Source of the DNA: Synechocystis sp. PCC 6803 substr. PCC-P
Lineage (GTDB): Bacteria; Cyanobacteriota; Cyanobacteriia; Cyanobacteriales; Microcystaceae
Direction: 5' to 3'
Assembly: GCF_000284455.1 (NCBI RefSeq)
Contig: NC_017039.1
Location: 1,290,001 to 1,322,000 of the forward strand
Length of the DNA: 32,000 nucleotides
Shown here: positions 1-9,238 of the stretch, in pieces
Layout of the letters: each line of letters begins with the position of its first letter
Numbering within the stretch: the stretch's first letter is position 1
The notes under the pieces: model-generated
Database searches by the model: none
What the model was told of the DNA's origin: nothing
The model's input: only the letters and a program-made list of their open reading frames with translations
Translations under genes and position numbers: made by a program

Positions 1-29
1 AGGTACTGGATGAAGATTGGTTGCCCTAG
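1..29 (+). CDS. 3' end of a further DUF29-like gene (truncated by the window edge)
   Basis: Bases 3-29 encode the ...VLDEDWLP-stop ending, nearly identical to the 3' end of the 703-1164 gene. Confidence 0.7.
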
Positions 30-62
30 GCGCACCGCGTAGCGGATCTCTGCGAGATCGCC
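29..62. repeat. 34-bp small palindromic repeat, copy 1
   Basis: GGCGCACCGCGTAGCGGATCTCTGCGAGATCGCC; GCGgATCTC/GAGATCGC can form a hairpin. One mismatch to the copy at 1164-1197. Confidence 0.75.
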
Positions 63-151
63 AGATAATTCATTTCGATTTATAGATGGTACTACCATTG
101 ATTGGGTAGAAGCTAGAATAAAATTTACAACTAATTAACGAGGTCAACACT

Positions 152-628
152 ATGGTTGCTGAACTCCGCAAAACAAATCAAAATCTTTATGAGACAGATT
201 ACAATCTTTGGGTTTTAGAAACTGTTGTCAAACTAAAAAATAAAGATTTAGATAATCTGGATTGGGAGAATTTAATTGAGGAGGTAGAGGATTTGAGTCG
301 GCGGGATAAAAAAAAGCTCAAAAGTCTTTTGAGGTTATTATTTGAACATTTATTAAAATTGTCCTATTGGAAAAGTGAGGAGCAGAACAATCGTAATCAT
401 TGGGAGGCCGAGATTATTAATTTTCGTCAATTGATTGAGGATGAATTAGCAGATAGTCCTAGTCTCAAAGTTTATTTGCAAGAAATTTGGCAAGAATGTT
501 ACCAGTATGGGCGCAAGATCGCGGCTAAGCGTTCTCAACTTCCCCTCAGTACATTTCCAGAGGAACCCATTGCTACCCTTGAACAAATATTGAATGAAGA
601 TTGGTTGCCCTATGCGATCGCCAGATAA
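152..628 (+). CDS. DUF29 family protein
   Basis: 158-aa ORF with YETDYNLWVLETVVKLKNKDLDNLDWENLIEEVEDL..., HLLKL and the C-terminal FPEEPIATLEQIL pattern. Confidence 0.9.
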   Translation: MVAELRKTNQNLYETDYNLWVLETVVKLKNKDLDNLDWENLIEEVEDLSRRDKKKLKSLLRLLFEHLLKLSYWKSEEQNNRNHWEAEIINFRQLIEDELADSPSLKVYLQEIWQECYQYGRKIAAKRSQLPLSTFPEEPIATLEQILNEDWLPYAIAR

Positions 629-702
629 TGAGGCAAATCGTGTGCCCACTCATTGAGTGGAAGCTAAAATAAGATTGACGATTAATCATTTGGGAAAACA
701 GC

Positions 703-1164
703 ATGGTTGCCGAACTCCGCAAAACTAATACAAGTCTTTATGAGACGGATTACAATCTTTGGATTCTAGAAACCGTACAAAAGTTGCAATGCCGAGATTT
801 AGAGAATCTAGACTGGGAATATTTGATTGAGGAGGTATTAAGCTTGAGTCGGCGAGATAGGCACAAACTAGCTAGTTTGCTAACCAGACTATTCGAGCAT
901 TTATTAAAGTTGGGCTATTGGCATTCAGAAAAAGAAAGAAACCGAAACCATTGGAGGCGAGAAATTCGCAATTTTCGTCTTCAAATTGACCGATTGCTAA
1001 GTGACAGCCCAAGCCTAAAACCTTATTTGTCAGAGATTTTTGATAAATGTTACAAAAATGGCATAAGTTTAGCTTCTGATAGTTCGGGCTTATCGATTGA
1101 AAATTTTCCCGAACAACCCATTGCTACCTTTGAACAAGTACTGGATGAAGATTGGTTGCCCTAG
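703..1164 (+). CDS. DUF29 family protein
   Basis: 153-aa ORF, paralogous to 152-628. Confidence 0.9.
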   Translation: MVAELRKTNTSLYETDYNLWILETVQKLQCRDLENLDWEYLIEEVLSLSRRDRHKLASLLTRLFEHLLKLGYWHSEKERNRNHWRREIRNFRLQIDRLLSDSPSLKPYLSEIFDKCYKNGISLASDSSGLSIENFPEQPIATFEQVLDEDWLP

Positions 1165-1445
1165 GCGCACCGCGCAGCGGATCTCTGCGAGATCGCCAGA
1201 TAATTCATTTCGATTTATAGATGGTATTACCATTGATTGGGTAGAAGCTAGAATAAAATTTACAACTAATCAACGAGGTCAACACTATGGTTGCTGAACT
1301 CCACAAAACCAATACAAATCTTTATGAGACAGATTACAATCTTTGGGTTTTAGAAACTGTTGCTAAACTTAAAAATCAAGACTTGGATGCTCTAGATTGG
1401 GAAAATTTAATTGAGGAGGTAGAAGATTTGAGTCGGCGCGATAAA
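1136..1445 (+). repeat. Long direct repeat, copy 2
   Basis: Aligned by eye with 1-310. Confidence 0.85.
1164..1197. repeat. 34-bp small palindromic repeat, copy 2
   Basis: GGCGCACCGCGCAGCGGATCTCTGCGAGATCGCC, one mismatch to 29-62. Confidence 0.75.
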
Positions 1446-1751
1446 CATAAATTACAAAGTCTTCTCAATCATATTTTTGAACATCTCCTTTTGATTGTTT
1501 ACTGGCAAGCAGAATTTATCCGGAATCAAGGGCATTGGGAAAGGAAAATCTTGAATTTCCGCCTACAGCTTCTCCAGGTGTTAGAGGATAATCCGAGTTT
1601 ACGTAACTATGCAAGAGACTATTTAGTGGAGGGGTACAAAAAAGGTAGAAAATTAGCAGCTAAACATTCTCAACTTCCCCTCAGTAAATTTCCAGAGGAG
1701 CCCATTGCTACCCTTGAACAAGTACTGGATGAAGATTGGTTGCCACAGTAG
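1287..1751 (+). CDS. DUF29 family protein
   Basis: 154-aa ORF, paralogous to 152-628. Confidence 0.9.
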   Translation: MVAELHKTNTNLYETDYNLWVLETVAKLKNQDLDALDWENLIEEVEDLSRRDKHKLQSLLNHIFEHLLLIVYWQAEFIRNQGHWERKILNFRLQLLQVLEDNPSLRNYARDYLVEGYKKGRKLAAKHSQLPLSKFPEEPIATLEQVLDEDWLPQ

Positions 1752-1891
1752 TCTTTAAATGGGGTCGTCATTTGGTCAGTCTTGGAAAGAGACTCTGTTA
1801 AGGTTAAGTTTTTTTGAGGACACGTTTCGCCTAAGTAAATTTGAAGCATGATATTAGAATATATGATTTTACTCGTAATAACTAAAGATTT

Positions 1892-2428
1892 ATGACTCAA
1901 ACTGAGATTATTAAGTTACACATTGGCGGCAAAGAAGTCTCCCCTGAATGGAGGATTGTTGATGTTTTAGATCGTCCAGAGGTTGATTATGTTTGCAATG
2001 CCAGCAATTTATCAATGTTCGAGGACAATTCGGTTGATGTAATATATGCTAGCCATGTCCTTGAACATTTTTATTACAACATCGACGATGAGTTGACCAG
2101 TACATTAAAGGAATGGCACCGAGTGCTTAGGATAGGGGGTAAGTTAATGATTAGTGTCCCAGACTTGAAGACTTTGTGTTGGTTATATCTGCACCCAAAT
2201 TCCCATCCACTGGAACGTCATCACATTATGAGAATGATGTTCGGTGGACAAATGGATGTTTATGATGTCCATAAAGTGGGATTAGATGAAGAAATTTTGG
2301 GGATGTATTTGGAAATGGCGGGATTTGAAAATTATGAAAGGGTTACTGAATTTGATTTATTTCAAGACTGTAGTCTGATTAGGCTTGCAGATACTTACAT
2401 AAGCTTAAATGTTATTGCATTGAAGTAA
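1892..2428 (+). CDS. SAM-dependent methyltransferase-like protein
   Basis: VDYVCNASNLSMFEDNSVDVIYASHVLEHF...LHRVLRIGGKLMISVPD (methyltransferase 11-like motifs). Confidence 0.8.
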   Translation: MTQTEIIKLHIGGKEVSPEWRIVDVLDRPEVDYVCNASNLSMFEDNSVDVIYASHVLEHFYYNIDDELTSTLKEWHRVLRIGGKLMISVPDLKTLCWLYLHPNSHPLERHHIMRMMFGGQMDVYDVHKVGLDEEILGMYLEMAGFENYERVTEFDLFQDCSLIRLADTYISLNVIALK

Positions 2429-2469
2429 CTATGATGAGTGTAAAAAACATTAAATAAATTATCAAACAA

Positions 2470-4623
2470 ATGAAAATTGAAAAGCAAGTTAATGATTTAA
2501 GAATAATTGAACTTGAAAAAGAACTGGAAAATAATCCTTTTATCCCTATTTTATATTGGGAGTTAGGATTGAATTATCTTATCTCTGTAGGGGAAGAAAA
2601 AGCGGAAGAAATTTGGTCGCTGGGTTTGTTGCAATGCTTTACATCTTTTGATGAAGGGTTGCTTTCACTAGTTGGCTTTATTGAACAACACATAGAGCTT
2701 AATAAAAATGATAAACAAACAGTGTTGATATTATGGCAACAGATAATCAAGATAGTCCCCAATTACCTGGCAGGACATCTAAATTTACTTGTTGTTGCCT
2801 GTGAGCTTAAGGTATTCTCGGCTGAGAAGCTGGCTTATTTAGGCACAGTTGCGTTAATTAATTCTATTGATTCTGGTTGTATTAGTCAACAAGAAGAAGA
2901 GCTTTTATTAAGGGCCACTCTATCAATTTTAGAGTTTCCCACTGCCCTTTCCCTTGATTTTTTAAGATCTAGTATTCCACTTTTAGTCAATTTGCCTTGG
3001 TGTGATGCTGTTATGGCTTTTGCTAATAGTATGGTTTATGATAAGCAACTTTTTAGTTATGGTGTTGAAATTGCTGAAATCTGCCTTCAATATTCTCCGA
3101 ATAATCTTTTTATTCTTAATGATCTTATCCGATTTTACGGACTACGTAAAGATCAAGATGCTCTATTAAGAACAGCAAGAAATCTATTAAATATTTTCAG
3201 ACAACAAGACTTTGAGCCTGATTTTGGTTTTTATTTATCATCAAGATTATTATCTGCTTTTATGACAGGCAATGATTGGGAACAAGTTCAAAGTATAGCT
3301 TCTATTTTCAAAGATTATTTTATTTTATTACAAAATGAAAAGTCTGTTGTCTTAAATAATTTTTTAAGAGACCGCTTTTGGGGACTGGGGTTTTCTCTAC
3401 TTTACCTATTTGATGAACCTGAATCTAATCGTCGATGCTTAAATTTTAACGCTAGTATTTTTCAGCAAAATTTAACTGAGAATCAAAATAAGACTATTTG
3501 CCAAGAAGAAAATTTGCCTAAGAAAAAACAAGTTTCTCTAAAACGGATTGGTTATATTGCCCATACTCTCAGGCAACATTCAGTGGGATGGCTATGCCGT
3601 TGGTTATTTAAGTATCATGATAGGGAAAAATTTGAAATTTTTGTTTATTTGATCGGACAACCAGAAGATGAGTTAACCGAAAACTGGATTTATCCTAATG
3701 TCAGTAAATACTATCACTTTGGTCGGGATAAAAATGAAATTATTAAGCAAATTAAGCAAGATCAAATTCAAATTTTGGTAGATTTGGATGTGCTGACCCA
3801 TAATATTACGGCCCAGGTGTTGGCCCACAAACCGGCCCCTGTTCAGGTTAGTTGGTTAGGGTCGGATGCATCAGGTTTACCGGCGATTGATTATTTCATT
3901 GTTGATCCCTATGTTGTTCCTGACGATGCCGAGGGCTATTACCGGGAAAAATTATGGCGTTTGCCCCAGACCTATCTGGCAGTGGATGGTTTTGAAATGG
4001 GAACACCAACGTTAAGTCGGGAGCAATTGGGAATTAAGCCCAATACGGTTATTTATCTTTCGGTACAGAATAAGATCAAATCGAACCCCAATATCTTAAA
4101 GTTACAACTACAAATTTTGCAGTCAGTGCCCGATAGTGTGTTTCTGATTAAGGGAGGTGGTGATAATGAGTTAATTCGGGCAATGGTGGAGCAGTTGGCC
4201 AAGGAAATGGGGCTTGATCTTCATCGGATTCGGTTTTTACCCAAGGATGGGGATGAGATGACCCATCGGGCTAACCTGAGCATTGCCGATGTGGTGTTGG
4301 ATACCTACCCCTACAATGGTGCAACGACGACGTTGGAAACGTTATGGATGGAAGTACCGTTAGTAACACGGGTAGGAAAACAGTTTGCGTCCCGCAATAG
4401 TTATACTTTCTTGACTCAGTTAAATATTAGGGAGGGCCTCGCTTGGAATGATCAAGAATATGTTTATTGGGGCACTCGTTTTGGATTAGAGAAGAGTTTG
4501 AGAGAAAAAGTAAAAAATGAGTTGAACTTGGGCAAGTATAAATCTAAACTTTGGAGAGCGAAAGATTTCACTCAGGAGTTAGAACTAGCTTATGAAGGAA
4601 TGTGGAATGGAGATCTAGATTAA
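2470..4623 (+). CDS. O-GlcNAc transferase (SPINDLY-like, GT41) domain protein with TPR-like N-terminus
   Basis: C-terminal half has RIGYIAHTLRQHSVGWL..., APVQVSWLGSDASGLPAIDYFIVD, YLSVQNKIKSNPNILKLQLQIL, VVLDTYPYNGATTTLETLWMEVPLVTRVG. Confidence 0.85.
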   Translation: MKIEKQVNDLRIIELEKELENNPFIPILYWELGLNYLISVGEEKAEEIWSLGLLQCFTSFDEGLLSLVGFIEQHIELNKNDKQTVLILWQQIIKIVPNYLAGHLNLLVVACELKVFSAEKLAYLGTVALINSIDSGCISQQEEELLLRATLSILEFPTALSLDFLRSSIPLLVNLPWCDAVMAFANSMVYDKQLFSYGVEIAEICLQYSPNNLFILNDLIRFYGLRKDQDALLRTARNLLNIFRQQDFEPDFGFYLSSRLLSAFMTGNDWEQVQSIASIFKDYFILLQNEKSVVLNNFLRDRFWGLGFSLLYLFDEPESNRRCLNFNASIFQQNLTENQNKTICQEENLPKKKQVSLKRIGYIAHTLRQHSVGWLCRWLFKYHDREKFEIFVYLIGQPEDELTENWIYPNVSKYYHFGRDKNEIIKQIKQDQIQILVDLDVLTHNITAQVLAHKPAPVQVSWLGSDASGLPAIDYFIVDPYVVPDDAEGYYREKLWRLPQTYLAVDGFEMGTPTLSREQLGIKPNTVIYLSVQNKIKSNPNILKLQLQILQSVPDSVFLIKGGGDNELIRAMVEQLAKEMGLDLHRIRFLPKDGDEMTHRANLSIADVVLDTYPYNGATTTLETLWMEVPLVTRVGKQFASRNSYTFLTQLNIREGLAWNDQEYVYWGTRFGLEKSLREKVKNELNLGKYKSKLWRAKDFTQELELAYEGMWNGDLD

Positions 4624-4639
4624 AATTATCAATCTTTTT

Positions 4640-5452
4640 TTAGTCAAAATCATCGGGAACTTTAACTGATATTTGTCCACCTGGCTCAACAGTTACTTTC
4701 CCGCCAAGTCGCTCTATTTCTTTAACGACTCTTTTAAAGGTCTGAGCATCTTGACTACTGCCCAAAATGCTTAACCAGGCACCAATTTGAGCCTTTCTAC
4801 TATCTGGATTTTTTTCTAAAAATTTGATGCTATCGGTGGTGACATTGATAAAGTTCTGGTTTTCGTCATTTTGGGAATGTCGTGCCCATTCAACAGCTTT
4901 TTTATAAGACTCCTTAGCCGCTTGTGGATCTGCTAAAAACAATAACTCATTAGTTCCTTTCGCTCTCCACACATAGTAAGGTGCTGTACCTGGAGAAAGG
5001 AACTGTTCGGGCATTTTTTCCAGACTCTTGCCAAGCAATTCAACACTAATTTTAGGATAACCAGCAAAAATAGAAGTGCTAGTTTCGAGTCTTAGGAGAG
5101 CGTTAACAAACAAAGGATCTTTCTCGGATACTAATTTGAAGTATTCTGGGCTTAACCCATAACCAACTAAATCTCTGGCATCACTGTCACCAAAATATTG
5201 TATGAATTGCAAATAAAGCCAATCAGCAACAAGATTATCAAATCCAAGGGCTGGTATTTTGCCTAGTATTTCTATATCTATTTTTTCATCTGCTTCAAGG
5301 GTTTTGTAATCTTCTTCAGTCAAAGACTGCCCTGGAGCTTGAAGAGCGGGTCGCTGTAGAGTAATCAACCCAATTAGACTGGCAAATGCTAAACAGGGAG
5401 AAAATAAATTTTGAAAAACAAATCGAGCGTGTAAATTCAGCTTAAATACCAT
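4640..5452 (-). CDS. Conserved hypothetical protein, pilin-operon associated, with N-terminal hydrophobic segment and TPR-like helices
   Basis: 270-aa ORF starting 1 bp after the pilA2 stop. Confidence 0.7.
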   Translation of the reverse strand: MVFKLNLHARFVFQNLFSPCLAFASLIGLITLQRPALQAPGQSLTEEDYKTLEADEKIDIEILGKIPALGFDNLVADWLYLQFIQYFGDSDARDLVGYGLSPEYFKLVSEKDPLFVNALLRLETSTSIFAGYPKISVELLGKSLEKMPEQFLSPGTAPYYVWRAKGTNELLFLADPQAAKESYKKAVEWARHSQNDENQNFINVTTDSIKFLEKNPDSRKAQIGAWLSILGSSQDAQTFKRVVKEIERLGGKVTVEPGGQISVKVPDDFD

Positions 5453-5453
5453 A

Positions 5454-5966
5454 TCAAAAAAGCTTAATACCGTTTACACAGTCCCCAGATGAGTTATTTG
5501 GTGCCTCTGTGCTGTTTGTCTCGGCTGGAACAGGACTTTGACACAATACTACTCTATAAGTTTGGTTCTCATAGTACACTCCCATTGCAAAATTACGGGC
5601 ATTTTGCTGAACACCATTAGTTGCTGTAGCACTACTTTTGGCTACATCAGTTCCAATTAATTGAGGCTCTGAAATATCATAATAATTGCTCTGAAAACTA
5701 ATTTCTAAAGCTTGGTTGCTCTCAGCGAAAGAGGCTTTTTCAAAAAAATAGGACTGCTGGGCTTGACCAATCGCACTCAGTATCTGCTTGGCCTCAGCTT
5801 CCCTCGCTTTACCTATCTGGGAGAAAAGATTCGGCAACGTCATTGCTCCCAACACTCCCAAAATAATAACCACAACAAGCAGTTCCAGCAAAGTAAATCC
5901 TCTTTGTCGGGTACCATTGAAATGCCGACAGTTAGATGAACTACCGATAGAAAATTGGGCTTTCAT
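5454..5966 (-). CDS. pilA2: Type IV pilin-like protein (PilA2-type)
   Basis: Prepilin motif RGFTLLELLVVVIILGVLGAMTLPNL. Confidence 0.85.
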   Translation of the reverse strand: MKAQFSIGSSSNCRHFNGTRQRGFTLLELLVVVIILGVLGAMTLPNLFSQIGKAREAEAKQILSAIGQAQQSYFFEKASFAESNQALEISFQSNYYDISEPQLIGTDVAKSSATATNGVQQNARNFAMGVYYENQTYRVVLCQSPVPAETNSTEAPNNSSGDCVNGIKLF

Positions 5967-6064
5967 AACAATAGTGTGAAAATATTAACCCAAAAAAAAG
6001 AGGGTGCAGTAGGTAAGATAAGACCAGCTCATCATTCCCGCACCACTCAAAACATAATAGGGTC

Positions 6065-6571
6065 CTATTTAATTACTTCAGCACCACCACAATCATTAGC
6101 CCCTCCTGGGGTTGGGGGAGTATCTTCACTACCTGCTTCAGCCCGACAAACAACAGTACTGAAGGCGCGGGTGCCTGAATCGTAAAACGTTCCACCTGAC
6201 ATGGAGCGGGTGCCGTCAGCCTCCCAATTCAATGCCGTTGCGTCTTGGATAGCTTCTGTGTTGTCAGCAGTGTTAACTGCAAAACTAAAGAAATTACCAT
6301 CAGGAGCTGGGACTTCAAGCGTTTCCGTATCGGTTGCAAACGTACCCTTCTCAGTAAAATAACCTTGTTGGGCACGGTTCAAAGCACCGATAGTGGATTT
6401 AGCTTCGGACTCCCGTGCTTTACCAACTTGACCCAAGAGGTTAGGCAGAGCAATAGCAGCCAATACACCGATAATAATTACAACAACCAGCAGTTCGATT
6501 AAGGTGAAACCACCTTCTGCCCGTTTTTTGGAGAGTTGAGAGAGGAGTTTGAATTTAAAATTACTAGCCAT
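6065..6571 (-). CDS. pilA1: Major type IV pilin PilA1
   Basis: Prepilin motif GGFTLIELLVVVIIIGVLAAIALPNLLGQ with a ~160-aa pilin body. Confidence 0.92.
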   Translation of the reverse strand: MASNFKFKLLSQLSKKRAEGGFTLIELLVVVIIIGVLAAIALPNLLGQVGKARESEAKSTIGALNRAQQGYFTEKGTFATDTETLEVPAPDGNFFSFAVNTADNTEAIQDATALNWEADGTRSMSGGTFYDSGTRAFSTVVCRAEAGSEDTPPTPGGANDCGGAEVIK

Positions 6572-6714
6572 GATTGTCTTCTTCCTTCTGTAGGGGAAAT
6601 TTAAATAACTGGTCGGAACCCTTCTAGCTGTAACTTACCCATCGCCCCTCATTTGCCTATCACCCTGCTCAAAAAATTTTGTTGTATGGACTGGCCAGCA
6701 TTTTCAACCTATGC

Positions 6715-8037
6715 TCACCGTTCTTCTAGCATTAATAACCCCAGTTCCTCATACATCACCAATGCTCCCCCCAATGCGGATTCTTCCCGCTGGGAATCAT
6801 TCGGCCCCAGAGTGACCGCATCCACCGGAGAAACCTGCAACCAGCGTTCCAAAAGGAAAGACAACGGCTTGGCCCCATCCCACAAAGATAGGAACATTGC
6901 AATGGCTGAACGGCGATCAGACCAGATACTTTCCTGCAAAAAAGGGAAAAAACGACGTAGATCCATCGGTGCCACAACTCCCGGTATGGTTAGTTGCTCG
7001 TGGAATGACTCTGATTTCAAACAAGGATGGAAATGCACCCAAAGCCTTTCACTAGCAACCTCTGACCAATCTAGAATAGGCAAAGCAGATTCTGGTTGGG
7101 GATGCCCACACCAAAAATCTAACAATCGCTTATTGGGCTGAATCAGTTCGTAAAAACAAAGCTCTTCTTCTAGGTCAGCATTTTCTAGTCCCATGGCCAA
7201 GTAAGCAGGAAGGTTATCTGGTTCCTTAAATAACTGCCGCCAATCCCAATCTTGCCAGTCCACCATGCTGATTAGCTCCAAACTAGATTGGGTGAGGCAT
7301 TTTAACAACTGGGGCATAGTAAAGCCCTTGTCGTTTTGTAGTAAATGGTTGCTTAACAAGCGGTGATTATCGTTCTTATCAAAGTTATTGCCCCAAGCCC
7401 TTACCTTTAAGTCCACATTGTCCCGTAGGGCTGTAAAAAAATCTCTGACAATACCAAGCTCCATTTCCTCTGGATTATCATCCATCAACCCCATATTCCC
7501 GAACAACTCCTGACAACGATAGTAGGGTAAACGTTGATAATAGCTGTGGAGATTACCCCGAATAATGCCATCAGGCTTTAGGATTGCCCTTAACTGTTGC
7601 AGGGCCAAGGTTAAGTCCGGGAGTAAATATAAAATATCGCTAGCACTAATGTAGTCAAATTTTTGTCCCAACTGATCTAAATCTTCCAGAGCAAGCACAT
7701 GGAACTCAGAATTGTCGATTTTGTGATATTGCAAACGCTCCTCAGCAATCTTAATGGACTCTGGGGAAATGTCGATGCCCACCACCTTCGCCCCCGGATT
7801 GGCCAACGCCATCGTTAACGTTGTTGCACCTGTGCCACAGGCCACATCTAGCATCACCCGGTTTTCCAGATCAGTGATCACCTTACCATCCCGTCGATAG
7901 CGAGCCGTGACCAAACTGCCCTCGTAAAGCAATTTCACATTGTCTTTTGGAGATTCCTCGATGGGAATATTGGGATAGGGATGACTCTCGAATTGCTTTA
8001 GGGACTTTTCCAAATAATCTCGCTTCATCTCAGCCAT
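6715..8037 (-). CDS. Class I SAM-dependent methyltransferase
   Basis: VMLDVACGTGATTLTMALANPGAKVVGIDISPESIKIAEERL. Confidence 0.85.
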   Translation of the reverse strand: MAEMKRDYLEKSLKQFESHPYPNIPIEESPKDNVKLLYEGSLVTARYRRDGKVITDLENRVMLDVACGTGATTLTMALANPGAKVVGIDISPESIKIAEERLQYHKIDNSEFHVLALEDLDQLGQKFDYISASDILYLLPDLTLALQQLRAILKPDGIIRGNLHSYYQRLPYYRCQELFGNMGLMDDNPEEMELGIVRDFFTALRDNVDLKVRAWGNNFDKNDNHRLLSNHLLQNDKGFTMPQLLKCLTQSSLELISMVDWQDWDWRQLFKEPDNLPAYLAMGLENADLEEELCFYELIQPNKRLLDFWCGHPQPESALPILDWSEVASERLWVHFHPCLKSESFHEQLTIPGVVAPMDLRRFFPFLQESIWSDRRSAIAMFLSLWDGAKPLSFLLERWLQVSPVDAVTLGPNDSQREESALGGALVMYEELGLLMLEER

Positions 8038-8191
8038 CGGGTCACTCCTTTTATTACCTAAGCCATCATCATTAATAAGCCTTTCCTCAGACTACCCAAA
8101 TTTGGTATCTGGTTCTCCCTTTTGATCGCCTAATTCCACAGCTTCAACAAAACTACAATGGAAAAGCCCCCTCTTTTACTGCCAGAAGTCC

Positions 8192-8797
8192 ATGACCACC
8201 ACCCTCGACGAAGTGCTCGACCTTTTCAAACAGGTCGCCCAAGCCCAGAAAGAAACCGATCGCCTATTGCGGGAACAATCTCAAGAAACCGATCGCCAGT
8301 TACGGGAATCGGAACAACGATTTCAAAAATCCATTATTGAAAACGAAAAAGGCTTCAAACAGTTACGCAAGGAATTGGGTAACTTAGGGCAATCCTGGGG
8401 ACGATTTGTTGAAAATATGGTCGCCCCTGCCTGTGAAACCCTATTTTTAGACCGGGGTATTCCCGTCCATCAAGTAAGTCAACGGGTTAAAAAACGCCTG
8501 AACAGTGACACCCTGGAAATAGATATTCTCGTGCTCAACCAAGACCACGCCCTAGTGGTAGAAGTCAAAAGTAAGCTTAGTGTGCAGGATGTCAAAGATT
8601 TTTTGACTAATCTGGCAGAATTTAGAAGATTTTTTCCCGAATATGAGCAAAAACAAGTTTACGGTGCCGTTGCCGCCATGGACATTGAAGAAGGAGCCGA
8701 TAAATATGCCTACCGCCAGGGCTTATTCGTGCTGACCCAATCCGGAGAAAGCGTCAGCATTTTAAATAGCGACGAGTTCCAGCCCAAAAACTGGTGA
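8192..8797 (+). CDS. Coiled-coil plus PD-(D/E)XK nuclease-like domain protein (DUF3782-like)
   Basis: Charged N-terminal coiled coil followed by LEIDILVLNQDHALVVEVKSKLSVQDVKDFL. Confidence 0.7.
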   Translation: MTTTLDEVLDLFKQVAQAQKETDRLLREQSQETDRQLRESEQRFQKSIIENEKGFKQLRKELGNLGQSWGRFVENMVAPACETLFLDRGIPVHQVSQRVKKRLNSDTLEIDILVLNQDHALVVEVKSKLSVQDVKDFLTNLAEFRRFFPEYEQKQVYGAVAAMDIEEGADKYAYRQGLFVLTQSGESVSILNSDEFQPKNW

Positions 8798-8800
8798 GAC

Positions 8801-9238
8801 CTAGGTATTGGGCCAAAAATCTGAATCTAGAATTTCTACAATGGTGAATGGACAACTATCCGGAAATTGATCATCCGGTAAATCGGTTTCCGCAATGGCC
8901 AAATCCCTCGCCTCCTGCCAACTTTCCGCCATCGCTTCGTCCAAACGGGATTTTAGTCCCGGATTCCGTCTTAACAACTTGGCTAGGGATGTTCGCTGAA
9001 CTCGGATAGTTGCCCGCCAGCTATTAGTCCGTTTCCAATGTTGAACCTGCCATTTCAAAAGATGGGCGACTAAAACCATTAAGCGTGATTCAAGTTGGTC
9101 ATAGTGACGATTCCCCAAATCTTGAATCTCCTCTATCAAATGCTCCAAATCTAACTGTTCAAAACGTTTTTGAGACAAAAGATCCGCTTGTTGCTGAGTC
9201 CAAGTAAAAAAATCCTCAGTATAAAGAAGACTATCCAT
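8801..9238 (-). CDS. DUF29 family protein
   Basis: MDSLLYTEDFFTWTQQQADLLSQKRFEQLDLEHLIEEIQDLG...HLLKWQVQ. ORF track starts at 9283; ATG at 9236-9238 is more plausible. Confidence 0.85.
   Translation of the reverse strand: MDSLLYTEDFFTWTQQQADLLSQKRFEQLDLEHLIEEIQDLGNRHYDQLESRLMVLVAHLLKWQVQHWKRTNSWRATIRVQRTSLAKLLRRNPGLKSRLDEAMAESWQEARDLAIAETDLPDDQFPDSCPFTIVEILDSDFWPNT

Larger units (their letters stand above)
1..310 (+). repeat. Long direct repeat, copy 1 (DUF29 3' tip, spacer and next DUF29 5' end)
   Basis: Aligns with 1136-1445 at constant offset 1135. Only about 4 mismatches by eye in the first 151 bp. Confidence 0.85.

Noticed and set aside
446-649. 67-aa minus-strand ORF
   Set aside because: Antisense to a well supported DUF29 gene, with no recognisable domain.
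1097-1297. 66-aa plus-strand ORF spanning the second 34-bp repeat
   Set aside because: Out of frame with the DUF29 gene; contains the repeat and spacer, likely chance.
6653-7141. 162-aa plus-strand ORF
   Set aside because: Antisense to the methyltransferase gene (6715-8037); low-complexity composition and no motif.
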